In this document: positions 38,805 through 51,935 of the stretch, piece after piece
Layout: each line of letters opens with the position of its first letter
How positions within the stretch are numbered: position 1 is the stretch's first letter
Source of the DNA: Octopus vulgaris
Taxonomy: Eukaryota
Direction: 5' to 3'
Length of the DNA stretch: 64,000 nt
Assembly: GCA_951406725.2 (NCBI GenBank)
Contig: OX597822.1
Coordinates: forward strand, 116,126,001-116,190,000
Position numbers and translations under genes: made by a program
The notes under the pieces: model-generated
The model's input: only the letters and a program-made list of their open reading frames with translations
Databases searched by the model: none
Told to the model about the DNA's origin: nothing

Positions 38805-40430
38805 TATTAGAGTTGATAGCAGCATAATAGATGAAGCAATTAAGAAAGTGAAGACTGGGAAAGCTCCTGGACCATCGGGTATCACTGCCGAGGGGTTTAA
38901 AATATCCGGTGGTGTGGGACACAGCCTAGTCACTTGCATATTTAATCATGTTATTCAGGAAGGCATCATCCCCAAAGACTGGTGTAACAGTATTATAGTC
39001 AGCTGCTTCAAGAGTAAAGGTGATGCCTTAGATAGAAACAACTACAGAGGTATCAAACTGCTGGACCCGGTTATGAAAATTACAGAGAGAGTTGTATCTC
39101 AACTGATTAGGGATAGAATTGAACTAGATGAGATACAGTTTGGTTTTATTCCAGGGAGAAGTACCACAGATGCCATCTTCATAGTGAGACAGCTGCAAGA
39201 AAAGTATTTGGCCAAAAGTAAGCCATTGTATTTAGCCTTCGTTGACGTGGAGAAAGCTTTCGACAGGGTTCCCCACTCTCTGATTTGGTGGTCTCTAAGG
39301 AAGCTAGGAACAGAGGAGTGGCTTGTTAGAGCTGTTCAAGCCATGTTCAGAGATGCTGTTAGTAAAGTGAGAGTTGGCCTTGAATACAGTGATGAATTTA
39401 ATGTACAAATTGGAGTACACCAGGGTTCAGTTCTTAGTCCACTCTTATTTATTATAGGTCTTCAGGCCATAACAGACGAATTCAAAACTGGATGCCTATG
39501 GGAACTACTATATGCTGAGAATTGGAGAAGCTCCAGGTTTGGAAGCAAAACCTGAAATCAAAGGGCCTGGGAGTTAATTTAGCTAAAACTAAAGTTGTTG
39601 TTAGTGAGAAAGGAGATAAGACTCTCATTCCAACTGGTAAATGGCCCTGCTCAACATGTAGGAAAGGAGTAGGACATAATTCCACTTACTGCACCACATG
39701 TAAGCTTTGGAAACATAAGAGATGCAGTGGAATTGTGGGTGGGTTATCAGATAAGGTCACTTTCGTGTGTGGCAGATGCACAGGAACAATAGGTACTAAG
39801 AATATGAGGGACTTAAACTCTCTCAAATGCACAGGAGGCTGTCTTTGCGTAGTAGATAGCTTCTGATATTTTAGGTGATGAAATTAGTAATGGTGGTGAA
39901 TGCTCTGAAAGTATTGTTTCTAGAATAAGAATAGGATGGAGGAAGTTCAGAGAACTGCTTCCTCTGTTGGCAACGAAAGGATTATCTCTCAGAGTGAAAG
40001 GTAGATTGTATGATACTTGTGTGAGAACGGCTATGTTACATGGTAGTGCGATATGGGCTTTAACTGCTGAAGACATACACAAACAGGAGAGGAATGAAGG
40101 TAGTATGCTCCATTGGATCTGCAACATCAGTGTGCATGACCAACAAAGCACAACTATGTTGAGAGAAAAGTTAGGCATAAGAAGAAGGATTAAATGTGGT
40201 ATGCAGGAGAGGAGAATGCGTTGGTTTGGAGATGCAATGCGTATGAGTGAAAACAGCTGGATTCAGAAGTGCTTGTCACTGAAAGTGGATGGTACCTGTG
40301 GAAGAGGGAGACCCAGGAAGACATGGGAAGAAGTAGTGAGGACCAATCTTAGGATGTTGGGGCTCATAGAGGAAATGAATATGGACCAAAACATTTGGTG
40401 ATATGAGGGTCTAGAGAAGACCCATCCACA
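38805..40430 (+). mobile_element. 5'-truncated RTE-clade LINE (reverse transcriptase with embedded PHD-type zinc finger), frameshifted
   Basis: ORFs 38848-39555, 39522-39866 and 39967-40401 give RT motifs KAPGPSGI, NNYRGIKLL, QFGFIPGRSTTDAIF, FVDVEKAFDRV, GVHQGSVLSPLLF, GLGVNLAKTKV, and the RTE C-terminal motifs RMRWFG and RGRPRKTW. Confidence 0.93.
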
Positions 40431-41499
40431 AAACTGGGTGCTAGAAGAACTGTGTCCCACCCACATGTAACAACACACTTTTCACCCACTCTACTCTAAG
40501 AAACCAAACTACAACCCCTCTTCTAAACTGCATCTTTCTCTTCCTCACATTTCCTCTTCATAAACTACAATTTTTTTCCAATCCCCTTTCTTGCCCTCAC
40601 TGCTCCCCCATCCCCAACACCCACACCCTATTTTTCTACCCAGATTCTATGTTCAGATCCTTGTTACTTGTGACTTTACTCTAGCACTACACCATCTCTC
40701 TTCCGCTCTCCCTTGCACTTCTGCTGTTTCCTACTCCCTCTCTTTCTCTTTCCCTTGATCACTCTCTCTCTCTCTCTCCTTTTGTTTTTCCTCTGACTAG
40801 GTAACCAAGTATCTCCTTTACATCAGCATGCTCATTTCTGGCCTCTTCCTTGTACCTCTCCCTCTCTCTCTCTCTCTCTCTCTCACTGGGTAACCATGTA
40901 CCTCTCCTATAGCAAGATACCATTTTCTGCCTTGCTATTTCTCTGTTACACTCCAACCTTTCTGCATCACCACTTCTAATGCCCCACCACCACTGTTGTA
41001 GGAAGACACCTGCTTCTGCCTCTCGGCCTCTTTGTCACACTCTAACCTTTCATCTTCTGACACAAGTTCCCCTCCTCAAATGCCCCCCTCCTCTCTCATA
41101 ATTCTTTGTCTTGCAAGTTACTTGGTTACCCAACCAGTGCTGGTGCCATGCTAAAAGTATCCTATCCACACTGTAATGTGGATGGCATTTGCAAAGGCAT
41201 TCAGGTGCAAAAATCATGCCAAAATTAACCTCACCTGTGCTAGTGCCACATAAAAAGCATTAGGTCCACTCTGCAGAGTGGTTGGTGCTAGGAAGAGCAT
41301 CCAGCTGTAAAATCCCTGCCATAACAGACAGAGTAGCTTAGGGTGGTTTTTCTACCTGACCAGCTCCTGTCAACTGTTCTACCCATGCATGTATGGAAGA
41401 TAGACATTAAACAATGGTGATGATGATGATGAGGATGATGAGGATTGGTGGCAAAGTAGTAGCGATTTTTTATCACTAACTCAGTGAGACCTCATTTCT

Positions 41500-41640
41500 T
41501 AGGTGCAGGTGTGGTTGTGTGGTAAGAAGTTCCCAACTATATGGTTCTAGCTTCAGTCCTTCTGCCATAACCCTGGGTTGACCAAAGCCTTGTTAGTGGA
41601 TTTGGTAGAGAGAAACTGGAAGAAGCCTGTAGTATATATT

Positions 41641-41671
<31 letters not shown>

Positions 41672-41868
41672 ATCTATTTGCATGCAGCTTTGTGTTTATC
41701 ACCCACCACCACTTGACGACTGATGATGGTTTGTTCACATCCCCATACGGCAAAGAAGGACAGAAGCTTAAAAAATCTGAGGCCAGTATTCCATTTTACA
41801 TAAACCCTCAAGGCAGGACCACAGTATGGTCACAGTCTAATGGCCAAAACAAGCAAAAGATAGAAGAT
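41500..41868 (+). mobile_element. SINE family A, diverged
   Basis: Head, (GT)n and degraded tail. Confidence 0.8.
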
Positions 41869-43848
41869 AGCCATAATTTGAAAGTAAATCTGTAAAGGCA
41901 AAGACAGAACTTGACCAGGTTAAACTTTCGTTTTTGTAAAAACTCCCATGGCGATAAAAACTATGTGAAGTTACTGTATATAACTTAGGATTTGGGAAAA
42001 CTTACTTTTTAGCAAAGAACTCCTTTCTCAAGCAAATATTTTGTCATATTCAAAATTTACTAAGTAGTCCTTATGTGTCACCAAGAGCTAAAAGGTTAAA
42101 TAACAATAAATTTTAAGATATTGAAAAGTTCACTGCAATCATTCACTGAACACTTTAGCTTTTTGAAAGCTTCCAATTACAATGAGATCTCGTCTTCAAC
42201 ACTATGCTGACAACATTATGCCGTACATAAAGAAACTGACTTAGATTCTCACAACACAATACAGCAACATTACAAGGGCTATCGACAACTTATTATTGAC
42301 AGAAAATCCTCAACTTCAAAAACTTCTGCTAACTTGATGGCATTTTACTCATCTTTGATAGATAGCTAATCAATCTTTTTCCAGATTTTCTAAAGAAATC
42401 AGTTTGCCATTTTTGACATCAACAATTCACTTTGCATAGTTTTAGAAATTATGATTTGTCTGTCTAGGATTTTAAAAGTTTTTGAAAAACTTTCTTGTAA
42501 ATAACTCCTGATACAACTTAAATTTTACTTACTTGAATTTATTTTCCATTTGAAAATGATTTAACTATAAAGAAAAAATATGATTTATATGACAAAATAA
42601 TGCATTTAATATTTTAATATTAATATGTTAATTTTTTAATTTTAATATTTCAATTTTAATATTGGGTCATTTTGCAATAATTACCTAATATTTATTTGAA
42701 ATATTTGTTAGTATTTTTTCACATCTTTATATAAAATGGTAATGGTACTTGTAGAACACCCTGACATGTTATTCTGAGCCATTTTTGCAATAATTTTAAA
42801 GTCAGAAATAAATCATATGGAAGATGCAAGATTATTTCTCTAATGATTCCAAATTTAGCTTTAACTGGACTTGAATCCATTCAAGCCATTATTGTGCCAG
42901 CAAGACATCTTAGCCTGCTTTCATCAATCTGTTTAAATGAAAATAGAAACTACTCTTATTTCTTTGTTGATTTATAGAAAAGAAGGACTGCAAGCAGTTG
43001 AAACAATTGTACCAACAAATCATAAGTAAATACACAAATCTATTGAACTTGATGAGACTACAGGATTTAATGGAACCATGATTGACAAAAGTATACATTG
43101 CTCGATATACAAATCATGATAAAAACAGAAAAAATAGACCATAAATAAATGTTTCTTATAATTAGTTATTTAAATTACTGTAATGAATACTTCTTGGATG
43201 TGTAGTTATTGCTAAACAATTTTAAACCACAGAAAAGGTCATAAAGACACAATATATATATATAAAGATATCTCCTGAGTATGCTATCGTGAAAAGAACT
43301 GATGCAAGACAAATGTTTCGATCAACTTTGGTAGATACTAAGTTCTCAACAGATTTGGACTTGGAATTTTTAAAACTTCCATTTTTTTTTTGGATGCCGT
43401 AGTTTTTTTTTATTTAATATTTATATTTGTATTGTATCTACCTTTCAGTTATAATATTTATTGTAATTGTCATCATCTTAATAATAATAATAATAATAAA
43501 TGGACAAAAGTGCTGTATGTAATATCATTCTTGACTCATCTGTGAGACCTGAATCTAATTTCAATTATTTTTTGTCTTCTAATGTATTCTTTGGTCTTCC
43601 TCTGCCACAGGTACATTACATAGTATTAGAGCAGCTGCTCCTTCTTCACATATCGCATAAAACCACTGAGGCCAGCTGCTTTCTTATTCCACTTGCCGTC
43701 CAGCTTTGATGCAAGCTGATGCTGTACAGCCAACAAATCACATTTAGCAAAATCCTTGCAGAGCCTCTACAAACCATCCACATTCAATGTTACATAGCAT
43801 CATACTCCTTATACACACATCATGTTTTGCAAGCAATTCTAAACACTT

Positions 43849-43849
<1 letters not shown>

Positions 43850-43897
<48 letters not shown>

Positions 43898-44270
43898 CTG
43901 TTGTCATCATTTGACGTCCATTTTCCATGCTGGCATGGGTTAGGGAGTTTGACTGGAGCTGGTCATCCAGTGAACTGCACCAGGCTCCACTCATCCATTT
44001 TGGCTTGGTTTCTACAGCAGGATGCCCTTCCTAACACCAACCACTTTACAAAGTGTGTACTGAGTGTCTTTTACATGTCGCCAGCATGGATGCCCTTTTA
44101 TGTGTCACTGGCATGGGTGCCCTTTTATGTGTCACCAGCACAGATACCTTTTATGAGGTGCCTTTTACATGTCACCATCATAGGTGCCTTTTACATGTCC
44201 CTCGCACAGGTGGCCTTTACATGTCCCAGGCACAGGTGCCTTTTACGTGTCACTGGCACAGGTACACGTC
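43850..44270 (-). mobile_element. SINE family C with an internal minisatellite of about 29 bp
   Basis: (CAT)n tail, family motifs, then about 7 units of TGCCTTTTACATGTCAC..GCA..GG at 44062-44265. Confidence 0.85.
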
Positions 44271-45287
44271 ATCACCCCTTTAATTCTGTCGCTTCTGTCA
44301 GTCGACCAAACACCCTATTGTGTGCATGTTTTGTGCACCCTTTTCCTGCATTTGATTAGTCTGTTCAAATTCATATGTGTATTGAAAGAATTAGATTGGA
44401 CTCTTTTCAAAAACCATTTTAGAAAGAGCAAGCTCATACCACCACTTCTTTATGTTTAAGTGAAAAGTATTTTTTATCCTATTTCAAGAGGAATCGGTTT
44501 TAAACCAAAAATTTGAATTATTGAAGTGTTGCTAACATTCCTAAAAATGTTTGGTTCCGAGGCTTCTCCCACCAAACAAATGATATGTATAATCCGTTTC
44601 TCTCAACCACAAATTGCAAGTGTAGGGAGAGAAAGAAAGAGAAAAGGGAGGGACCGAAAAGTAAGAGGGGTAAGAAAATGAGACAGATGAAAGAACAAAG
44701 GAATAAAAGAATGAGGGACTGAAATATTAAATGAATGAATGGTTGTACAAACTGCGAGAAGTGACGGAGAGGTGGTACTGGTGTTGAAATCCTTATAGTG
44801 ACTTAGACCAATATCTGAGAATATACATCCACTCACGTATACAAGATGTCAACCTCTCCGATTTGGCATTTTAGTACTTCCTGGTTGTGAGACAAAACAC
44901 AGCCTGCATTTTTTGATGCTAATTTTTCCCTTGCCAGAGAAATAGTTCTTCAATCCTCAGCCATAAGTTATAACCCCTACACAATTAACTCATAATACTG
45001 ACAACATTCTATGCTATAAAAAATGTTTTTTAATTTACTTTCCCCAAAAGTTTTGTGTGCAGGACTTCGGCAGCAGCCATCTGCATAATGTACACATTTG
45101 ATGAGCAGAGGGGCCACCAACTTTACACAAAACTCAAGAGTCATAAGTACTGTTTATTGGTATGATTATCATTAGATTATATATGTGTATAGGTTGTATG
45201 AAAATAATTCAAAATTTAACCTTTTCCTTCGGTATCAACTATTTTTGAGTTTTGAGTTCTTGTATGTCCCCTAAATGTGAGCTGGGT

Positions 45288-45319
<32 letters not shown>

Positions 45320-47309
45320 GTCTCAATATAATTCATGCAGACATTTTGTCTCTTTCTTTCACATGCTCAAACCATTATCCTGCATCAGAATTTTTCTCAT
45401 TATGGTGATAGTTACATACCTTATTTCTGATAAGATTAAAGTTCTGTTGATTGGGTATACAAGTTTCTTTAAATGCTCCAACCTAACAATTAAAACCTCC
45501 AGAAATAAGCTGTTGCTGTTTTTTATAGATAAAACTAATATCTAGTAACCAGCCAATAAAAAAATAGATAATGACAAATATAACCAATTAATAAATTAAA
45601 GCTAAGAAAGACAAAATGCATAAACTAGCAATAAGATATACCATGGCATCAATAAAAAAGTTATGTTAATATCCAAAAGAATTAAGATGAACAATAGAAC
45701 AGAATGCCTACCCAAGGGAAGTATATGTAACTATAAAAGATCATAAAGCAGTCTTCATGAGAAAAATTAATTACTGCTTCATATACTCAGAGATAAGAAT
45801 TTACATACAAAAACATTATTATTATTGAGAGTGAGCAAAAGGGTTCCTTTGGAATGTTTATATCTTGTAGCACTTGGCTCAATTTTCTGAAAGGGTAGCA
45901 TTTTTTGGTGATTAGTTTCGGCATTATGTCTAGGAAATTTACAGAAAGTACACGAGTTTGAATGGTTATTTTGAGATTGAATTCTTGATGGCATTTATTA
46001 AGTTTTTCCTAAATGAATCTAATTCATGTTTTTAGATACTGTTAGACCATCATCTCTGTAGAGTCCTATTCTATCGTGGCTGAATATACCGTTTCTAGTA
46101 TGTACAGTCCAATTAGTTTATATATCATTGCATTGGCATTTCATCCCATGTTTGTGCCAAAAAGCTGATAATTTCCAATTGATTTCATTAATTATTATAG
46201 AACAGAAGAGAATTAGGATACTTACCTATCGGTCAATGACAATAGTGAATCTTTTTGCAAAATTCATAGCTCCAAATTAGAGTATAAAAATAGAAGGCTT
46301 TCAAAGAAACAGACATGAAATATGTCTCATATATAAAACTGCTCACACATATATTTTTTTATACACTCTCCAATCCAAATATATTGAGTCCTACATGAAT
46401 TGTTGACTCCCTAATCAAACATACATACATATACACAAACACACACACACACACATGTATATATATATGTACACACACACACGTTATTAATGAAATTTCC
46501 ATGCCAAATGTTGTTGCAAGTCATCATCTGATTAATGGTTTTGTTCTTAGAATTAAATAGTGCTGGGAGAAGGTATTAACAAAAAGAGAGAGAGAGAGAG
46601 AGAGGAAGTGGAAAGGAGAGAATACTAATAGAGAAGAAGGGACTGAGAGGAGGTAAGTTGGAGAAAGAGTCTGTTTTAGAAGAGACATAGATACATTGGA
46701 AAAGAGAGAGAAAAAGAGAGAGAAAGAAAGAGAAGGAAAGAGAGAATATCCTAACGATTCAAGTTGAATGGGTGTAATGAAGATTATGTGTTTTAATGCT
46801 TTTTCTTGGTTGTTTATTCCAATAGCTTCAAGCAAAATGATAAAACTTGTTTCGTCATGCCAAAAATTACATTGGAGCAATCTGTTACATACTCTAGATT
46901 TGCAGTAAATCTTTTCTTTTTGATGTTTCAGGATTAAAAAAAAAGAAAACAGTTTTTCAAGTGTTTTTTTTTTTTCTAGTCATAAATAAGTGAGCAATTC
47001 TCTATTTGAAATGAAGCATTAATAATGTACAGACTTCACTCACAATGTTAGCCAAGAATCAGTAGGATAGAGATGAAAAATGGCAAAAATATACTCAGAG
47101 CTAACTTTTATAAAGATGTGTTGTGCAGTAGAAAGCAGTAAATCCCAAACTCAGAGTCTAAATGCTATAATCCTTTAGAAGAAGAGCTTTAAAATGTAAA
47201 AAAAATTATTGAAAACAATTTTAGTTTTAAAATAACTGAAATGAACAAATAATATATAAAAAAAAGGTAAGTTTTTTTTTTATGTAATTATCCTTTTAAT
47301 TCAAAGATA

Positions 47310-47690
47310 ATATTGGTTTCAAATTTTGGCACACAGCCAGCAATTTCAGGGGAGGAGTTAAGACAGTTACACGAACCTGAAGGCAAAGTTGACTTCGGTG
47401 TCTTTCTGTCAAAAGGTGAAGACAGACAAAATGCAGCTAAGTATTTTTGCAGGGCATGCTAAAGATTCTGCCAGCTCACCACCTTAAATTCATAGATAAC
47501 ATTGGTTTCAAATTTTGTCACAAGGCCAGCAATTTAAGGAAAGGGCTAAGTCGATTACATCTGGTACTTATTTTATCAACTTTGAAAAGACGAAAGGCAA
47601 AGTTGACCTCAGCGGAATTTGAACCCAGAACATAGAGATGGACAAAGTGCCACTGAGCGTGCTAACGATTCTGCCAGCTCACTGCCTTAA
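47310..47690 (-). mobile_element. Two tandem SINE family B copies
   Basis: GATTCTGCCAGCTCAC at about 47465 and 47668; GGTTTCAAATTTTG at about 47315 and 47503. Confidence 0.85.
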
Positions 47691-48002
47691 ATTCAAAGAT
47701 AGTATCAGAAGCAATTTTAATCAATTATAAAATAAACACCAATAGAATTCGAACCTAGGAACATAAATATAAGCAAGTAGAGTCTCCAATGATGATGATG
47801 ATGATGCAGTAATTCTACTGCCCTTTTTTTTTTTTTTTAGGTACTAAATCTGGCTACATACATGCATGAACAAAGTCCTTTAAACAGTTCCAACAAAATA
47901 AATTTAGCTTCTGTTTAGCATTGTAGGAGAGTGACCCTTAACAGCTGCCAGATCTACAGGTAATATCACAGCAACTAATTGTAATCTACATCATCAAGAT
48001 GT

Positions 48003-48219
48003 ATTCTTTTAGTCTTTTACTTGTTTCAGTCATTTAACAGTGGCCATGCTGGAGCACCGCCTTTAGTTGAATCAAATAGACCCCAGGACTTATTCTTTGT
48101 AAGCCTAGTACTTATTCTATCGGTCTCTTTTGCCAAACCGCTAAGTTACGGGGACCTAAACACACCAGCATCGGTTGCCAAGCAATGTTGGGGGGACAAA
48201 CACAGACACACAAACGTAT

Positions 48220-48256
<37 letters not shown>

Positions 48257-48420
48257 CGATGGGCTTCTTTCAGTTTCCATCTACCAAATCCACTCACATG
48301 GCTTTGGTCGGCCCAAGGCTATAGTAGAAGACACTTGCCCAAGGCGCCACACAGTGGGATTGAACCCGGAACCATGTGGTTGGTAAGCAAGCTACTTACC
48401 ACACAGCCACTCCTATGCCT
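48003..48420 (-). mobile_element. SINE family A, low-divergence copy
   Basis: Full-length, CpGs retained. Confidence 0.92.
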
Positions 48421-48756
48421 ACTTACTAACGATCCACAAATTTATCATGCCAACTATAATTTTGCTTTCTTTGAAAATTATCATTAGACATGTTTCTAGA
48501 TTTGTTTTGCAAAATTCTTGGTGTGAAACGGTGAGTTGAAACAAATATTGTTATACTCGGGGATGGTCATCTTTCACCAATAAACACACACACTGTTTAT
48601 CTGATCTCCACTTTTAGCTTTATTGCCATTATTATTAGTAGTAGTTTATTTATCAGGGTTCTTTCATCACACATTTTGCGACCCCTTTCTGTCACTCATG
48701 TCTCCTCTTCTCTCTAGTCGGCTCTTCCATTTTGTCTTCCTATGGTATCACATATC

Positions 48757-48765
48757 AGTAGTAGC

Positions 48766-48822
<57 letters not shown>

Positions 48823-48969
48823 GGTGGTGGTGGTGGTGGTGGTGGTGGTGGTGGTGGTGATAGTAGTAGTAGTAGTGGTGGTGGTGGTGGTGGTAGTAGT
48901 AGAAGTACTAGTAGTAGTAGTTGCAGTGATGGTGGTGATGGTGGCAGCAGCAGCAGTAGCAGTAGCAGG

Positions 48970-49004
<35 letters not shown>

Positions 49005-49011
49005 TAGTAGT
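48757..49011. repeat. Compound trinucleotide microsatellite (GTA/GTG/GCA)n
   Basis: Directly visible. Similar arrays at 18005-18054, 18335-18461, 21364-21494 and 63828-63943. Confidence 0.95.
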
Positions 49012-49014
49012 AAG

Positions 49015-49230
49015 ATGGTGAGCCGGCCGAATCATTAGCATGCTGGGCAAAAGCTCAGTTGTATTTCATCCATCTTTATGTTCTAAGTTCAAATTCCACC
49101 AAGGTCAACATTGCCTTTCATCTCTTTGGGGTCAATGAAATAAGTACCAGTTAAAAACTGGAGGTCGATGTAATTGACTTAGATCCCTTCCCCTTGAAAT
49201 TGTTGGGCTGTGCCAAAATTTGCAACCAAT
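49015..49230 (+). mobile_element. SINE family B
   Basis: Full family-B match. Confidence 0.88.
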
Positions 49231-49244
49231 ATTAATATCATAAT

Positions 49245-49525
49245 TATTATTTATTGTCTTTGCACAGCTTCTATCGCTGGAGATGTACTACGGTACCAGC
49301 TGTTCCCTACCAGTGAACTAAGGTGAGAACCCTTATTTTTCGAGCACCATCTGGAGTATTGAAGCAGTTCCAAGCAGTGCTGTTTTCTGCAAGTGCTCCA
49401 CCCTTATTGCAACCCCTATTTGTTCCATGTACTTCTCAATATTTTTACTCACTGTTCCCAGGGCTCTGACAATTATTGGTGCTACTACCACTTTTTCATC
49501 GACCACAACTGCTTAACCTCCCAAG
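49245..49525 (-). mobile_element. R4/Dong-like non-LTR retrotransposon 3' end
   Basis: Minus strand (one frameshift): WEVKQLWSMKK.VVAPIIVRALGTV...LQKTALLGTASILQMVLEK*. The 3' end abuts (TAA)n. Confidence 0.8.
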
Positions 49526-49529
49526 CTCG

Positions 49530-50450
49530 TCTCCTTGATGGAGCTGCAGTTCTGGGTAAAGGACAGGCCAAGTCTGGGTGCTTGGTACTTAGGATCGGTG
49601 ATGTTCCACTTTAGCTATATACAGAGGACTAGCAGCAGCGAAATGTGACAATGTCCTCAGGGAAACCCTAAGTGTTGACAGAGACGGACTGGCAAGCCTA
49701 TTCCTGAGGACTTTCTGGTTGGGGACTATTATAGATAATTTTCAGGTGTCTTTGGCCTTCAGTGCTACCAGGGATCGCTACTGGTTCAAAATAATCTCTA
49801 CAGGCACAGATGTGCTGCCATACAGGATTGTCAGAGGTTCTTGCAGAGCCACGAAATCCTTTTGCATGCACTTGTTCGATGTCCAGGCATTGCTGATTTG
49901 CAGAGTTATGTCAAACAGCTGCTGTCGCATGTGCCATGGGTCCGTTTATCAGCCAAGTCCATAATGATGATTGCCCCGCCACCCTCCTTCAATGAGGCAG
50001 GCAAGGCAGTTTTCCTTTGTCTGGTGGCTGTGGCAAAAGAGGTTGTCTGGTAGATGAGGCTGAAGGGAATGAGGGCAGAAGTATTCCTCTTTGGTAAGGC
50101 CTTTGCTGACCTTTTCAAGTTTCACTTGAAAATGAAAGTGAGGGTGGAGAGGGAGGTGCTGTCCTTGAGTGAATTTATGAAAAGATGGGTGAAAGTTGTG
50201 AAAATGGCAAGAGTGGATGGTATCACTCCCAGTGTAAACCTGTGACTTGGAAGAAAGGAGTTGGAGAGGGCTCTCGTCCTTGGTATTCAGGGTGATCTTG
50301 GATGGTGGGGTTCCTTGAGTATCCCTAGAGGTCCTCCCATATCAGGAGAACCCCATCCCTATCAATATTTCCCCCCTCTTTCTCTCCTGTCATATACTAT
50401 GTTTACTTCCTGTTCCTTCTCCCTACCAACAAAAAACAAAAAAATGTAAT
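49530..50450 (+). mobile_element. Tx1/L1-like LINE ORF2 3' end with zinc-knuckle remnant
   Basis: HEILLHALVRCP (the H-x4-C half of a CCHC/zf-RVT motif) followed by AKEVVW*MRL. GC-richer than the flanks, with an A-rich end near 50430-50445. Confidence 0.6.
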
Positions 50451-51724
50451 TTTGTGTCAATGTTAGAAATTATTATTACTAGTATGGTTGTATGGCCAAA
50501 TACTAGGTCTTTGGATTTCAATATTCCTTATTCCTGACAAAATCATGGGTTAATTCCTTCTAAGTGTCTATTTTGACTGCAATAAAACCTGATAAGATGG
50601 AAGCAGATATTTAGCTAAAATATTAAGAAGCCATTGCAGTGATAGGTATCGACCACCAGTACCTGTAATCTATTTCATTTAACTGTGTTTTATGGAATTT
50701 ATAGATAATGGAGAGTCACAGCTGGTCAAGTGAATGACATGTCAGCTAACTGACCAAAGACTGCACAGGTTAGTTTACTATCATCAACACTGTGTGCTGT
50801 CTGTACTTAAGTCATCTCAGTCTTACTATCTGCAAACAAGTGTAGTGAGAAGCAGCCAAGTACTGTAGAGTAGAAAGAAACCTTTGTGATAAACATATGT
50901 TTTATTGACATGCAGTACTAATTCCATTTCCTATTGAAAGATGCTCTTCTGAAAGCTATGGAACTAGTCATCCATTGATGTATGCAGTTAGTGAAAAAAA
51001 AAAGTGGAAGCAACTAGCTACTTATCACACTTATATGAAATAACAAAGATTGATTCATTGATGGTTGTTGTTCAGTGTTACAGCTTTCTTAAGACGCCCA
51101 TCTTAATGTTGCTGGAAAGGTAATAATCATATGAAGAAAAAAAACAAAAAACATCACAGTAGATTATGATGCCTGAATCATGGAAGCAGAGTTAAAAAGG
51201 AAAAAAACTGAAAAAAGAAACAGAAAACTCAGAGAAACTATTTATTTCATTATGGTGAAGATCTTTGAGCAAAGAACAATATTAATCTTATAAAATCATA
51301 ATCAATATTTAGAAAGAGTATAAGAGTTGGAAACTACCAAAGAGTTCATCGTTTATAAAGCCGAGACAAGAATCTATCTCCGAGTCGTATTACTTGATCC
51401 GGCATTTAAATTTAGTTCAATAGGTTGATCCAACTTAATATTCCGATAGCTTTCTCACCATAACGTTTCTGAGTGTCTTATCAATTTAGCAAAATACCAT
51501 GGGATAAGTAACCCCAGCATCAAAGACAGTCATTGATATATTGGCAGAACTGGCAGACCCTCAGACAGTTTTATCACCCTATATTCTGAGTTCCCTATCA
51601 ATTATGGACAACTTTCCCTTTCATACTTTTGGGCTTAATAAAATAAGTATCAGTGTTTTAATCAACTCTACCAAACGTAATCCTTCTGACTTGTAAAAGA
51701 AACCAAGATTATTATGGCAGACCA

Positions 51725-51935
51725 AGGTGGCAAGCTGGCAGAATCCTCTGCATGCTGGGCAAAATGTTTAGTGCATTTCCTCTGTATTTACATTCTGAGT
51801 TCAAATTCCACCAAGGTCGACTTTGCCTTTCAGAGTCAACAAAATAAGTACCAGTTGAGCCCTGGGGGTCAATGTAACCAACTTACTCTCTCCACTGCAC
51901 TTGTTGGCCTTGTGTCAAAATTTGAAACCAATATT
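51725..51935 (+). mobile_element. SINE family B
   Basis: Full family-B match; a more degraded copy precedes it (about 51540-51700). Confidence 0.85.

Noticed and set aside
48623-49050. Poly-V/S/G/T ORFs (also 17918-18295, 21227-21573, 63736-63999)
   Set aside because: Trinucleotide microsatellites are open in several frames, and there is no domain or splice support.
51340-51480. CpG-containing unique segment with GAAACGTTA on the minus strand
   Set aside because: No upstream CUGANGA or helix II and no exon structure, so it is not called a hammerhead.
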